IMG/VR virus record: IMGVR_UViG_3300044568_004364
Direction: 5' to 3' (one strand)
Length of the DNA: 64,000 bases
Origin: a virus
Shown here: positions 27,236 through 37,253 of the stretch, in pieces
Layout of the letters: each line of letters opens with the position of its first letter
How positions within the stretch are numbered: the first letter of the stretch is position 1
Translations under genes and position numbers: made by a program
Notes under the pieces: generated by a model
Seen by the model: the letters and a program-made list of their open reading frames with translations, nothing else
What the model was told of the DNA's origin: nothing
Database searches by the model: none

Positions 27236-28288
27236 TTATTTTGCGTATATTCCAGAACCAACCTCTAGATAAAATTTAGCTTCATTTGCTTCTTCACGCA
27301 ATTTTGTTCTTATTTGAAAAATTGCTGCTTTTGTGTTCTTGTCGAGAAAAATCAAATTTGATCCTTTTACTTGTGCTATTAGTTTAACCGATTTTTTGAG
27401 TTTGTTAAAATAGTCTTGCGTGATTTCTTTTACAGCACCGCGTTGTATATCAATTACATCTGCCAAATCATCACCAAATATATTTTTGCCTAAAAAGTTT
27501 AATGCATTGAGCGTAAAACTTGGGCTATTACTATTAAGAAGTATTTTGTCTTTCAAGTCTTCATACATACTTCTAATAAGTGCAAATTTAGCTTTTTGCT
27601 CAACAGGACCAACAAACGACTTTGCGAGTCTAACATATTTTTCTTTTGCATCCCATTTTATATTAAGAGCTTCGGCAATGCCCAACATACCAAAGTATGG
27701 TGAAAGACTTGATACGGTAACCGATTCTGACTTCAACGAAAACGGAATATCACCAGATGTTATCTTTTTATTTCCGTTACGTGTTTGTGCATATATTGTT
27801 AATGTGACATCTCCTTTGATTTTTCCGCCTGAGGATTCTCCAGCAATACCATCAGCAATAACAATAATGTTTATGATATCTGCAGTTTTATTTTTTAAGA
27901 ATGTATTTATGGCAGCATCGGCACGACGGACAAATGCAGAATTTTGAACTGCCTTTATGAGCTGATCTATCTTCCTATCAATGTTTCCAATATCTTTTGA
28001 TGACCTATACAAGACATCATAATCTTTACCAAAAGCACCTTGTATAGATTTTGGTTTTAGTCTCATTTCAAATGAAACGTTAATAAAGTCAGGCATATTT
28101 TTTCCAACCTGACGTTTATTATTGGTCACTACATCATACTTAAATCTTCCTTTTGCAAAAACAGAGGTATCAATCTTAGTGCGAATTTGATTGAGTTTTT
28201 GTTTATCGACTTTTCCATATGCCAAGTACAAACTTAGAGCAATTGTAAAAATGCCTTCAATAACATCGCCTTCATTCAATTTGCCCAT
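27236..28288 (-). CDS. Hypothetical protein, possible PD-(D/E)XK endonuclease
   Basis: GDVIEG...KGDV...FSLK; own late promoter at 28298-28305. Confidence 0.5.
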   Translation of the reverse strand: MGKLNEGDVIEGIFTIALSLYLAYGKVDKQKLNQIRTKIDTSVFAKGRFKYDVVTNNKRQVGKNMPDFINVSFEMRLKPKSIQGAFGKDYDVLYRSSKDIGNIDRKIDQLIKAVQNSAFVRRADAAINTFLKNKTADIINIIVIADGIAGESSGGKIKGDVTLTIYAQTRNGNKKITSGDIPFSLKSESVTVSSLSPYFGMLGIAEALNIKWDAKEKYVRLAKSFVGPVEQKAKFALIRSMYEDLKDKILLNSNSPSFTLNALNFLGKNIFGDDLADVIDIQRGAVKEITQDYFNKLKKSVKLIAQVKGSNLIFLDKNTKAAIFQIRTKLREEANEAKFYLEVGSGIYAK

Positions 28289-28300
28289 TGTAATATATAT

Positions 28301-28726
28301 TTATAATTTCATAAACATCTTATATAGCAAGGCTTCCATACGCCGCGCTTCTTTTTCCCACGGGCGTGAATATTCGCATTCTTTACTCTTATAACGTACG
28401 CCATGCCATAGTTCATAATCTCCATGATAGACGAGTTCTTTAAGAGTAAATTGTTTTACGTGTACCAACTCATGAAAGAGCGTAAGTAAGAACTCTTTTG
28501 CGCATTGCACAAGATGTAAGTCAATATAATATGTATGTATATCAGTAGTACTATAGCATAATCCATAAGCGCCTTCCTTCTCTAACAGGTTGTTTGCGCA
28601 CTTAACGGTAAGGTATAGACATCTCTTGCGTGGTAACAATTCTTGTAGAGCAAATGTTATTGCTTTCTTTACTGTCGTTCGCAATTCAGGATCGTGTTTT
28701 AATCCATAGACACGTACTCTTATCAT
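28301..28726 (-). CDS. HExxH zinc metallopeptidase-like protein
   Basis: HELVHVKQ...PWEKEA. Confidence 0.8.
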   Translation of the reverse strand: MIRVRVYGLKHDPELRTTVKKAITFALQELLPRKRCLYLTVKCANNLLEKEGAYGLCYSTTDIHTYYIDLHLVQCAKEFLLTLFHELVHVKQFTLKELVYHGDYELWHGVRYKSKECEYSRPWEKEARRMEALLYKMFMKL

Positions 28727-28746
28727 ACAATATTAATTATAAACAA

Positions 28747-28778
28747 TTTTGGCGCTACCATTTCTGATAGCGCCAAAA
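28747..28778. terminator. Intrinsic terminator hairpin
   Basis: TTTTGGCGCTA...TAGCGCCAAAA. Confidence 0.65.
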
Positions 28779-28800
28779 TGAGTTGGGTTTTTAAAATCTC

Positions 28801-30330
28801 TTATGCGTAATCTTCAATCATACGCGCAAGTTCGCTATCTGGAATTTCAATACCAGCTGCAAGCGCGCCTGCTGACATATTCAATCCACGTGATAACTTA
28901 CGAAGGTTTGCGCTTTGCTTGCTCTTACCTTTGCGAAGTAATTCAACAACATGTAATCTTGATTTTTGGTCCAGTTTCATGCCGTCAGCCAATTCAATGG
29001 TGCCAACAATCTTCTCCATGAAATCATAAATTTCCATTTCGGTTGGATCGATGTTAATAATAAGTGCGCGTGTACGCAGCGCACCATCTGGATCCAATTT
29101 ATCCAAGCTCAAGTTGGAGATAAAGATAATCTTACCAGTAAATTCAAAGTAACGTGGGATTTGACCGTTATCGAGAATTTCTTCGTCTGTAAGATCTCCT
29201 TCAGGATCAACTACGTTTTTGCCCATCTTGTTCCATACGAGCTTACGTACCTTCTTAGTATCGGTTGCCGCTTTAAGAAGGTTACGTGCTTCTTGGTCGC
29301 CCAATGCATCGTCACTATCATCGAAGAATACAACTTCATTCTTATAACGGAACAACAAGCTATATAGTCCAGCAGCACTTGCGCTACCTGTATTCTTGAA
29401 GTAACCGTTACCATCTCTCAATCCAAGGTCGGCAAGAATCTTTTCTGTGGTGTGTGTTTTACCTACGCCGCCTTTACCAGATACAAACAGTGCATTGGAT
29501 GCGCCGTTTACTGTAAATTTAACAAGGCGCTCAAGATCTTGCAATTGCGCTTCAAAGGATAGGCGTGTACGTTGATTTTCAAGCTCGTCAATTTGAGCAT
29601 CTCCTTTATAGCGCTCTATTGAACTACCTTTGGTAATCTTACCTGTTACAATACCAACCTTTTGCAAGATTTCTTCTTTGCCGCTCTTAAGTGCTTTAAG
29701 ATCTTTATTAGAGCCAGCCCAGACATACTTGGTGCCTTGCTTGGTAATAAGATCTGGGTATTTCATTTCAAGCGCATCAAAAATCTTTACGCCTGAACTT
29801 TTAAATGCATTCCAAACTTTACCTTTGCTAAAAGAAGGGTCAACAATCATATCGACAATTTCGTCAAAGATTGTATCAAAGTCGTATTCAGCTGCCTCAT
29901 GCAATACGTTTTCATATAGCGGTACACCATCAGCAATAGTGCTAATAGATCCTAGTGATGGTGTGCCACTGCTAATAATGTCAGCAATCACTGGAAGTGT
30001 TTTTACAAGAGATACAGTTTGATCAAATTCAATGTGAAATGGCGCAGATGAGATACCATCCCAATAGTCAATACTCTCAAGGTTATTTAATCCTGCAGCT
30101 CCACTTTGTTTCCAGTTAAAACGTACGCTAAGTCCTTTACGCACTGCATAGAAACGTAATCCAAAACCAACACCGTTGGAATTTTGATATTGCTCTAGGC
30201 CTGGGTAGCGGAAGAAAACTTTACCAGTCTTCTTTTTAAGATAACGTGAAATAATGAATGCAGCTTTATTAACACCAGAGGTGGATAGCGCTTCGGATAG
30301 GTATTCTTTATAATGATTTAGGCTTGACAT
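28801..30330 (-). CDS. AAA/P-loop ATPase with N-terminal extension
   Basis: GKGGVGKT, VFFDDSD, IFISN; late promoter at 30336-30343. Confidence 0.85.
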   Translation of the reverse strand: MSSLNHYKEYLSEALSTSGVNKAAFIISRYLKKKTGKVFFRYPGLEQYQNSNGVGFGLRFYAVRKGLSVRFNWKQSGAAGLNNLESIDYWDGISSAPFHIEFDQTVSLVKTLPVIADIISSGTPSLGSISTIADGVPLYENVLHEAAEYDFDTIFDEIVDMIVDPSFSKGKVWNAFKSSGVKIFDALEMKYPDLITKQGTKYVWAGSNKDLKALKSGKEEILQKVGIVTGKITKGSSIERYKGDAQIDELENQRTRLSFEAQLQDLERLVKFTVNGASNALFVSGKGGVGKTHTTEKILADLGLRDGNGYFKNTGSASAAGLYSLLFRYKNEVVFFDDSDDALGDQEARNLLKAATDTKKVRKLVWNKMGKNVVDPEGDLTDEEILDNGQIPRYFEFTGKIIFISNLSLDKLDPDGALRTRALIINIDPTEMEIYDFMEKIVGTIELADGMKLDQKSRLHVVELLRKGKSKQSANLRKLSRGLNMSAGALAAGIEIPDSELARMIEDYA

Positions 30331-30360
30331 AAAACTATTTATATAGCATTATTTATAAAA

Positions 30361-30909
30361 TTACACATTTAAGCCACTCACTGCACGAGACTTTCGTCCA
30401 GAACTAAACGGCGTATTGGCCACAGGCGTGTTATCAGGCTCTGTTGAGATGTTTGCCATAGGATCACTAATATCATACAGTCTCATCTTTGGTAAATCAA
30501 TTCCAATAGTAAATCGCTTGTTGGTTGTTGGATCATTGTACCGATTCTTAAGTTGCTTAACCATAATTTGATTCATCTTGTCAAGTTGTTCGGTGCGAAT
30601 AAATGCAAGCATCAAATCGGCTGTTGCAGGTAGTCCAAAACTGTTTTTTGTTAAAATGCCGTTGCAGTAAAATAGGTTATCGCCTGAGGTTGAAATGTCT
30701 GTAGTTTCAACCTCACCAACATCCTCAATAGAAACAATAGGATCATTATAATTTAGGTTAAGATCACTTTTTGTATTCTTATCAATTTTTTCAGTTTCAA
30801 GCGCAATTAACATATCAGTTAATTCAAAAACATCGGTATGTTCGGACACCATACCCTTTGTGATAAGCTCATTTGCTTTAATTAGACAATATTCTTCAAG
30901 CGGTTGCAT
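30361..30909 (-). CDS. 41: gp41 helicase part 3: split intein-2 C fragment (30643-30909) plus C-terminal extein
   Basis: NLFYCNGILTKN|SFGLPATAD...KQLKNRYND. Confidence 0.9.
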   Translation of the reverse strand: MQPLEEYCLIKANELITKGMVSEHTDVFELTDMLIALETEKIDKNTKSDLNLNYNDPIVSIEDVGEVETTDISTSGDNLFYCNGILTKNSFGLPATADLMLAFIRTEQLDKMNQIMVKQLKNRYNDPTTNKRFTIGIDLPKMRLYDISDPMANISTEPDNTPVANTPFSSGRKSRAVSGLNV

Positions 30910-31957
30910 AGTATTTTTCTTTAATATTTTGTGTTATAGTATTTCTTTTTAATTCAAGATCTTCGTCCGACCATACAATGTATAAATCATGGCCGTACTG
31001 TTTAATAGTATTTTCTTTAATATGGTTATAAGCAAGGTTTTCTTCTTTAGATCCAAAGCCTTTCCACTCAGTTTCAGGACGCGCGTGCCAAAATGCACCA
31101 TTATATTCAATTGTTATTTTTAATGATTGAATCGTAAAATCATAAAAGAAGTTCATGCCATTATAATGATGCGCAAATTCTTTACTTCCGCGAATGCCCC
31201 AAAAGATATCATTTTTATTAACACCTAGTTTTCTAATACTTTTATAAAGCGGGATGAAAAATTTAAGTGATTCCTTTGAGCATTTGCCATTCACTGCAGT
31301 TGTGCCAAACCGTTCAATCAATGTAGCCTTTCGTTTTTCGTGCTGTGCTTTTAATTTAGTCGTACCTATATCAAACCCATATTTTTCAATATAATTTGCA
31401 TATGATAACTCAGATTTTATAGAAATTTGTTTTCTGAGAATTTCCGACTCGTTTAAATCATAGCCTCTAGCAATCCAATATTCAATACAATTGGGTAAAT
31501 ATTCTTTATAACTTAAGCTGTTCAATTTAAATTTATGATGCTTCTTCTTTGAGTTTTTACTTTGCAATTCAGAAACCTGCTTTTTGGCTTCTTCGGCAGA
31601 TAAGCCTTTAGCAATCCAATAAGTAATCGTAAAGCATGAATTAATATTTACCGCTTTGGGCCGCGCCGCGTATGTGGTTTTTAACTTTTTACCTGAGCCT
31701 AAGCCATGTCTAATATCCGCTTTACGATATTGATTATTAGATGAATTGTATTCTGTGAATAATGAAATATATGAATTTTCATTATTCATAAGTATGTCTT
31801 TAAACAATTCATATTTGCGCTTAAGGGACGATGATAGTTTTTTATGACCAATATATTCAGCTATAAATTGAATAAAATATTGTTTTTTATCATCAGGCAA
31901 TTTATTAATTATGTCACGTATGGGTTTTCTCTCTAATGGATCAGTAATAGCTATCAT
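30896..31957 (-). CDS. Free-standing Vsr/PD-(D/E)XK-type homing endonuclease
   Basis: YDF....ITIEYNGAFWH; YWIA.G repeats; late promoter at 31977-31984. Confidence 0.8.
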   Translation of the reverse strand: MIAITDPLERKPIRDIINKLPDDKKQYFIQFIAEYIGHKKLSSSLKRKYELFKDILMNNENSYISLFTEYNSSNNQYRKADIRHGLGSGKKLKTTYAARPKAVNINSCFTITYWIAKGLSAEEAKKQVSELQSKNSKKKHHKFKLNSLSYKEYLPNCIEYWIARGYDLNESEILRKQISIKSELSYANYIEKYGFDIGTTKLKAQHEKRKATLIERFGTTAVNGKCSKESLKFFIPLYKSIRKLGVNKNDIFWGIRGSKEFAHHYNGMNFFYDFTIQSLKITIEYNGAFWHARPETEWKGFGSKEENLAYNHIKENTIKQYGHDLYIVWSDEDLELKRNTITQNIKEKYYATA

Positions 31958-31988
31958 AAAATCTGTAGTATGATATTATTTATAATAA

Positions 31989-33167
31989 TTACATTTTGCC
32001 GAGTACAACAGATAGAATGTCTGAAACATTTAATCCGGTATTAACACTAATACGTTTAACATTCCCATTGTTTTTACATGGAAATACATGATCCTTCGAA
32101 ACAATTATTGATTTACCGCTTTCGGTTGTAATCTTTACACAATCTTTCATCTTATTATGATGCTTAAACATTACTGTTTTATATTCATCATTTGCAGTAA
32201 TTTGGTCACCTAGTTTAACTTCATCGAGTGTTTTAACTTGTCCATCACGCATAGTAACGGATTCAGTAATAGCAATACATTCACTTGTATCCGTAATTTC
32301 GATATCACTGCTGGAATATCCCGCTCTTGTAACTTGAGTTGCGCTCCAGATAGGAACATTAAATTCAACAGCCAATCCACGAATTTCTTCAGCAATACTT
32401 TTGATAAGACTATAAGTATTGACACTACCGCTCAATCCTTTCATGCGACTACTCGCGCAAATGTTTAGATAATCAATATAAATGATGTCTGGCTCAAACT
32501 TCTTTTTCAATTTGAGTTCAAGTAACAATGCGCGAAAGTGACCAACGTGTGCGCTCGCGGTTGGATATTCTTTGACAACAAGTTTACCTTTGGTTTTATC
32601 GCTAATACCTTTAACCTTTGTGTTGAATGATGCTTTAGTCAAGTCTTTTAATTGGTCAATACGAACATCAAAAAGATTGGCATCAATACGTTCTGCAATC
32701 TTTTCTTCAGCCATTTCCATTGTAATGTATAGTACATTACGACCTTGTGCCAATGCAGCGCTTGCCATGTGACACATACCTAAGCTCTTTCCGCAACCCG
32801 TATTATGTGAAGAAACACCATCAGTATAGTATCGGTGATTTTCATGCTCAACTTGAATATCAACGATTGGAATTTGCTTTCCTGTTTTTGTAACAATACC
32901 AATTTGGTATCCGTCTTCAGTCAGATATTGCTGTTTTTTAAGAACTAGATCTTTTGCATATTGCCAACCATCAATAGTTTCAAACAAGTGATTTTCATTG
33001 ACTCGAATAACTTTTCCGCTATTAAGCAATAAAACGTATTCTTCCCACATTCCTTTATCAACAAATGCTGATACGGGAACAAAACCATCGGGTGAATCTA
33101 CTTCTATTGTGTATCCTGCATTCAGGAGCTCTTCAATTTCTTTAATTTTAATAATTTTTTCGGTCAT
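31989..33167 (-). CDS. 41: gp41 helicase part 2: intein-1 C (32802-33167), helicase core, intein-2 N (31992-32279)
   Basis: GVSSHN|TGCGKS, YIDYL, SATQ, TDTSE|CIA...VSKDH. Confidence 0.92.
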   Translation of the reverse strand: MTEKIIKIKEIEELLNAGYTIEVDSPDGFVPVSAFVDKGMWEEYVLLLNSGKVIRVNENHLFETIDGWQYAKDLVLKKQQYLTEDGYQIGIVTKTGKQIPIVDIQVEHENHRYYTDGVSSHNTGCGKSLGMCHMASAALAQGRNVLYITMEMAEEKIAERIDANLFDVRIDQLKDLTKASFNTKVKGISDKTKGKLVVKEYPTASAHVGHFRALLLELKLKKKFEPDIIYIDYLNICASSRMKGLSGSVNTYSLIKSIAEEIRGLAVEFNVPIWSATQVTRAGYSSSDIEITDTSECIAITESVTMRDGQVKTLDEVKLGDQITANDEYKTVMFKHHNKMKDCVKITTESGKSIIVSKDHVFPCKNNGNVKRISVNTGLNVSDILSVVLGKM

Positions 33168-33220
33168 ATAAAGGTGTGATTTGTATAAATATAATGTTAG
33201 CTGGAACAGGAATCAATCTT

Positions 33221-34036
33221 ATGAAATTTTACGCTCGAATCTATTATAACATATGTAATGAAAATGTAAATAACAAAATTCATTATTGTAAAGGATCAAA
33301 CATACATAAACATCATATCATTCCACGACATGCGGGCGGCGGAGAAGATGAAAGTAATTTTACTTACCTTAGTATTAGACAGCATATAGCAGCACATTTC
33401 TTATTGTGGAAAATTCATGGTATGGTTAATGACCTACGATCAATGCATATGCTAGGAGCAAATTTAACATATGAACAAAGACGTATTGTTGGCAAATGGT
33501 GTTATGAGAATAAGATAGGAATGTTTTCAATTGGTAAGGAAGATCGAGCTGAAATTTCACGTAAAGGAATTAAGACACAAATTAAAAATAAATTAGGCAT
33601 TCACAATCCAGAAAACTTTTCAAAATTTGCATCACTTGGTGGAAAAGCTTCAATAATTTCGCCCAATAACCCATGGGCGTATTGGGCCTCAAAGGAAGGC
33701 CGCTCGAAGCGTGGACATATGGGAGGAAAATCACATATTGGTAAATTATGGATTCATAAAAACGATGTTATAACACGATGTCTTTATAATGAAATTCAAC
33801 AAAAAATTGATGAAGGATGGCAATACGGTATGAAAGATGGTGGAAAAGAATATGTGAATAACGGAGAAAAAACATTTCGTATTGAAACCAATAAGATATT
33901 TGAATTGCTTTTGCGTGGTTGGCAATTAGGAAAAGCACGCAATTACCAACCAGATCGCAAGCGGTCTAAGAAAGAATTTTCTTATGAATCCTTACTCGAA
34001 TTGGAGTCTCAGGGTGAACACAGCCGGCAAGAATAA
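33221..34036 (+). CDS. HNH homing endonuclease, antisense within the fractured helicase
   Basis: HKHHIIPRHAGG...N...L..RQH..AH; TATAAATA at 33184-33191. Confidence 0.9.
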   Translation: MKFYARIYYNICNENVNNKIHYCKGSNIHKHHIIPRHAGGGEDESNFTYLSIRQHIAAHFLLWKIHGMVNDLRSMHMLGANLTYEQRRIVGKWCYENKIGMFSIGKEDRAEISRKGIKTQIKNKLGIHNPENFSKFASLGGKASIISPNNPWAYWASKEGRSKRGHMGGKSHIGKLWIHKNDVITRCLYNEIQQKIDEGWQYGMKDGGKEYVNNGEKTFRIETNKIFELLLRGWQLGKARNYQPDRKRSKKEFSYESLLELESQGEHSRQE

Positions 34037-34607
34037 TATTAAGCGTCTTGCGTGGTATACCTCCGCCTGTAATAACATTAAACATATCAAGATCAAATGG
34101 TATCTTATCTTCGGTCTTATGATAAAATTCATAACGGCTTTCAGCATTCTCAAGGTAATCGTGTCCTACATTTGTATCAAAAGTGACGCTTAATGCTTTA
34201 CTTAATATAGTAGGAATTGAGCCTTCACTCTTTTCAAGATCTTTACCATCAATGATAGAGATTGACTCCATGATGGCAAGATATACTGCACGGTCCTTAC
34301 ACCATTTTTCGGTACTATCAATAATCCATTGCTCGTCAACCGTTAGGTGTTCTGATAATGCATTGATGTAATAGTTAACCTCGGCTGCATTGGCATTACG
34401 ACTAGCGTCAGACGCCTTATATTCAATACTTAATGCTGTACTGTTTGGCAGCTTATTATACTTGGTAATAAACTTTAAGATAGCCTCATATATAGTGCGA
34501 TGAATACCATCAAAATATTCAGGCTTTATGTGTGGCAGCGCTTTGCGACAAAATACTTCATTGTGTATAAGATTGTTAATGATTGTTGTTTCAAGATTTG
34601 TCTCCAT
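33966..34607 (-). CDS. 41: gp41 helicase part 1 plus 18-aa intein-1 N fragment (33969-34022)
   Basis: TEKWCKDRA, GHDY, KTLNIILAG|CVHPET. Confidence 0.92.
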   Translation of the reverse strand: METNLETTIINNLIHNEVFCRKALPHIKPEYFDGIHRTIYEAILKFITKYNKLPNSTALSIEYKASDASRNANAAEVNYYINALSEHLTVDEQWIIDSTEKWCKDRAVYLAIMESISIIDGKDLEKSEGSIPTILSKALSVTFDTNVGHDYLENAESRYEFYHKTEDKIPFDLDMFNVITGGGIPRKTLNIILAGCVHPETPIRVRIHKKILS

Positions 34608-34899
34608 GTTTTCCAATTTTGTATTCCTGATTTGTTAAGATATCGCACAAGACATCACCAGCAAAGTTTTTAAAGTCGGTGTCTGCGTTTAAGTCAATTA
34701 TATCAAAACACGCTGGTTTGTAAATAATTTTATAGTCAAAATTTAATTGACACTTATCATGTTTCACATCTTCATCTACGCTTATGGTACCATACTTATA
34801 TCGTATTCCATAGTACTTTGCGTTTGTGCATTGGATCCCACAAACATTTTGGTTTGCGGGATCGTCAATGAAAATATAGTCGCTTATTTCACTGGGCAT
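34591..34899 (-). CDS. Small protein at the gp40 position
   Basis: Synteny uvsX-x-41. Confidence 0.5.
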   Translation of the reverse strand: MPSEISDYIFIDDPANQNVCGIQCTNAKYYGIRYKYGTISVDEDVKHDKCQLNFDYKIIYKPACFDIIDLNADTDFKNFAGDVLCDILTNQEYKIGKHGDKS

Positions 34900-34904
34900 A
34901 TCCT

Positions 34905-35975
34905 TTATGCTTCGTCTTCGTGTAAGTCAACCATCGCGTCTTCGCTATCCGTAATCATGTCGCGTAAGCCAATGGTATACTTGTTCTTAATGTAATCTGC
35001 AAAATCAGTATTCTTAAATACGTTTTCCCAGAACTCTTTGGTCATGGTTGCAGCTTCACGCAATGAACCGCTAAGATCGGTTTTGGTTGCAGGGTTATGC
35101 GCAACATACCATCCGTTCTTTGGCTTCACTACATATCCAGCATCAACCGCAACAGCAAGTAATCCACTCCATTTTTCAATACCGCCTTTCCAACTTACAC
35201 TAATTGGAATCTTGCTCTTTTCTTTAACAAAGCGGCTCTTCTCTACATTGATTACAAAGTGATAGCCTTGAATTTCGGTACCATCTTTATCTTGTTGGCG
35301 ACCAATAATCCAAACATTGTCCGCACTATACATGATGCCAGTTCCACCGCTAACAATAGCTTTTGGGAACAAGCCAATTTCTTGATAGGTATGGTTGATT
35401 GCAAGCAAGCAAATGTTTTTCATTGTAAGGTATGGCGTAACCATACGGAACAATCCTTTAAGCGCTTTAGCACGTGTCATATCGGCCACGCTCTTTTCAT
35501 TCATTGCATCTTCAAGTTCTTTCTTACTTGCAAGGTTACCAACACTATCAATAACAATAATTACCTTATCTTTGCGCTCCATCTGCTCAAGCTGATTCAC
35601 AATATCAAACTTAAGTTCTTCAATGTTTTTAATAGGAATATGCAAGACACGCTTTGTGTCAATACCAAAGCTCTCAAAGTAACTCTGAGGACTGCCAAAT
35701 TCACTATCATAAAACATAAGACATGCATCGCTATGTTTCTTAAGATATGCACTTGCCATAAGTAGTGCAAAGCTGGTCTTAAAGTGTTTACTTGGACCTG
35801 CAAGTACTGTTAGTCCACTTGTTAATCCAGCATCAATGCTACCTCCAAGTGCAACATTAATCATTGGTACGCTTGTTGTAGTAATATCTTTCTCAGCATA
35901 AAATTCACTATCTGATAGGACATCCGCTTCTTTAATGCGGCAATTCTTTTTTAGTTTCTCTAGTATATTTGACAT
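34905..35975 (-). CDS. uvsX: RecA-like recombinase
   Basis: GPSKHFKT, YDSEFG, DMTRAK, SGGTG. Confidence 0.96.
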   Translation of the reverse strand: MSNILEKLKKNCRIKEADVLSDSEFYAEKDITTTSVPMINVALGGSIDAGLTSGLTVLAGPSKHFKTSFALLMASAYLKKHSDACLMFYDSEFGSPQSYFESFGIDTKRVLHIPIKNIEELKFDIVNQLEQMERKDKVIIVIDSVGNLASKKELEDAMNEKSVADMTRAKALKGLFRMVTPYLTMKNICLLAINHTYQEIGLFPKAIVSGGTGIMYSADNVWIIGRQQDKDGTEIQGYHFVINVEKSRFVKEKSKIPISVSWKGGIEKWSGLLAVAVDAGYVVKPKNGWYVAHNPATKTDLSGSLREAATMTKEFWENVFKNTDFADYIKNKYTIGLRDMITDSEDAMVDLHEDEA

Positions 35976-36017
35976 AATTTAATTTATTTTGTATAGTTAT
36001 TATATACGGTTTTTTCT

Positions 36018-37250
36018 TCAATGTAAATGGAAAAATGCATCGAGTGGCTCAGTATTTGACTCTTCTTTAACGGTTAGAGCGCTGCTGTATACCTGTGACT
36101 TGTTATTTTGTTTGACATATGAACTTGGTCCAAAGTCAGTTTGACCAGCTAGGTAAGCCATGATCCCACGCATCATATCCGCAGCGGTACTCACAGGTAC
36201 GTTTTGACATATATGATTAATCTTAGAGCGTGGATTATCACCAGCTAGGTTAAAGTCATCAGGCATTTTCATAATGCGCATACATTCACGAACGGTAACA
36301 AATCGTCCAGTATATGCATTAATCAAATAGTGTGGCTGCGCGCCAATGAGTGAAGGAATTTCACCTTTGCCCATTGTAATACCATGCGCCCAGTAACCTT
36401 TCCCATCTTCAAGTTTCTTTTGCATTGCAACTGCACGGTCAGCAAAACGATCATATCCTTTATTACGCATCCAATCAGCAACATCATATAGTGTGCCATC
36501 AAATCCACGATCAGATTCTACAATACAATTTGTTGACTTATTGATTTTGTTAAAGTAGTCCATGATTGTTTCCGATCCTGTCTTGTGCATGCAATAGCGG
36601 AGCCATGGGTTATCCATCGGATCATCGTTATTTCCGCGTATATTCATTGGATCATTTGGATCAATGGCACGTTCAAAGATACGTTCAACCGGCTCAAATT
36701 CACGACGGTGCCATGGGAATATTGGAGCGCGCTCACTGCGCGTAAAGAAGTAGAATGTACGCGGACGCTTTTGTGCAAGACCATGCAAGCGGCTTTCTGT
36801 ATAATACAAGTTAAGACTATAACCATAACGCTGCCCAATTTCATATAGGCGATCCGCTACAGGTGCGCCTGCACTCGTATATAGACGCGGCGCATTCTCT
36901 CCCCAAAATACTTTAGGTCCAATCTCACTCAATACATATTCTGCTGTGGTATATAACCAATCATTCACTGCACTATTTGCGCTGCTGCTTACGCTCAAGC
37001 TGCTAAGACCTGCGCATGGGCACACACTATTTACAACATCAACAGTTGATGGCTTATATGTTTTATCTTCATCGAGAAATACATAGTCACCAGTCCATCC
37101 ACGCTTTTCGCGAATGTATTGTATATAATGACTATCATTATTTTTAAACGGACTATAACTCAAGACATATTCTGGGAGCTGTCCATTTGTCGCTTCCATG
37201 ATTCCTAAACTCTCTCCGCCAATAAGCGGGATTATTGATGCATACTTCAT
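36018..37250 (-). CDS. C5 cytosine methyltransferase-like protein
   Basis: PC, ENAP, Q.R.R, TVRECMRIMK.PDDF; motif I atypical (IPLIGG). Confidence 0.75.
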   Translation of the reverse strand: MKYASIIPLIGGESLGIMEATNGQLPEYVLSYSPFKNNDSHYIQYIREKRGWTGDYVFLDEDKTYKPSTVDVVNSVCPCAGLSSLSVSSSANSAVNDWLYTTAEYVLSEIGPKVFWGENAPRLYTSAGAPVADRLYEIGQRYGYSLNLYYTESRLHGLAQKRPRTFYFFTRSERAPIFPWHRREFEPVERIFERAIDPNDPMNIRGNNDDPMDNPWLRYCMHKTGSETIMDYFNKINKSTNCIVESDRGFDGTLYDVADWMRNKGYDRFADRAVAMQKKLEDGKGYWAHGITMGKGEIPSLIGAQPHYLINAYTGRFVTVRECMRIMKMPDDFNLAGDNPRSKINHICQNVPVSTAADMMRGIMAYLAGQTDFGPSSYVKQNNKSQVYSSALTVKEESNTEPLDAFFHLH

Positions 37251-37253
37251 ATA

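Noticed and set aside
31944-32279. Endonuclease start MIAITD resembles intein start CIAITE
   Set aside because: Only about 13 matching nt in AT-rich DNA; may be chance.
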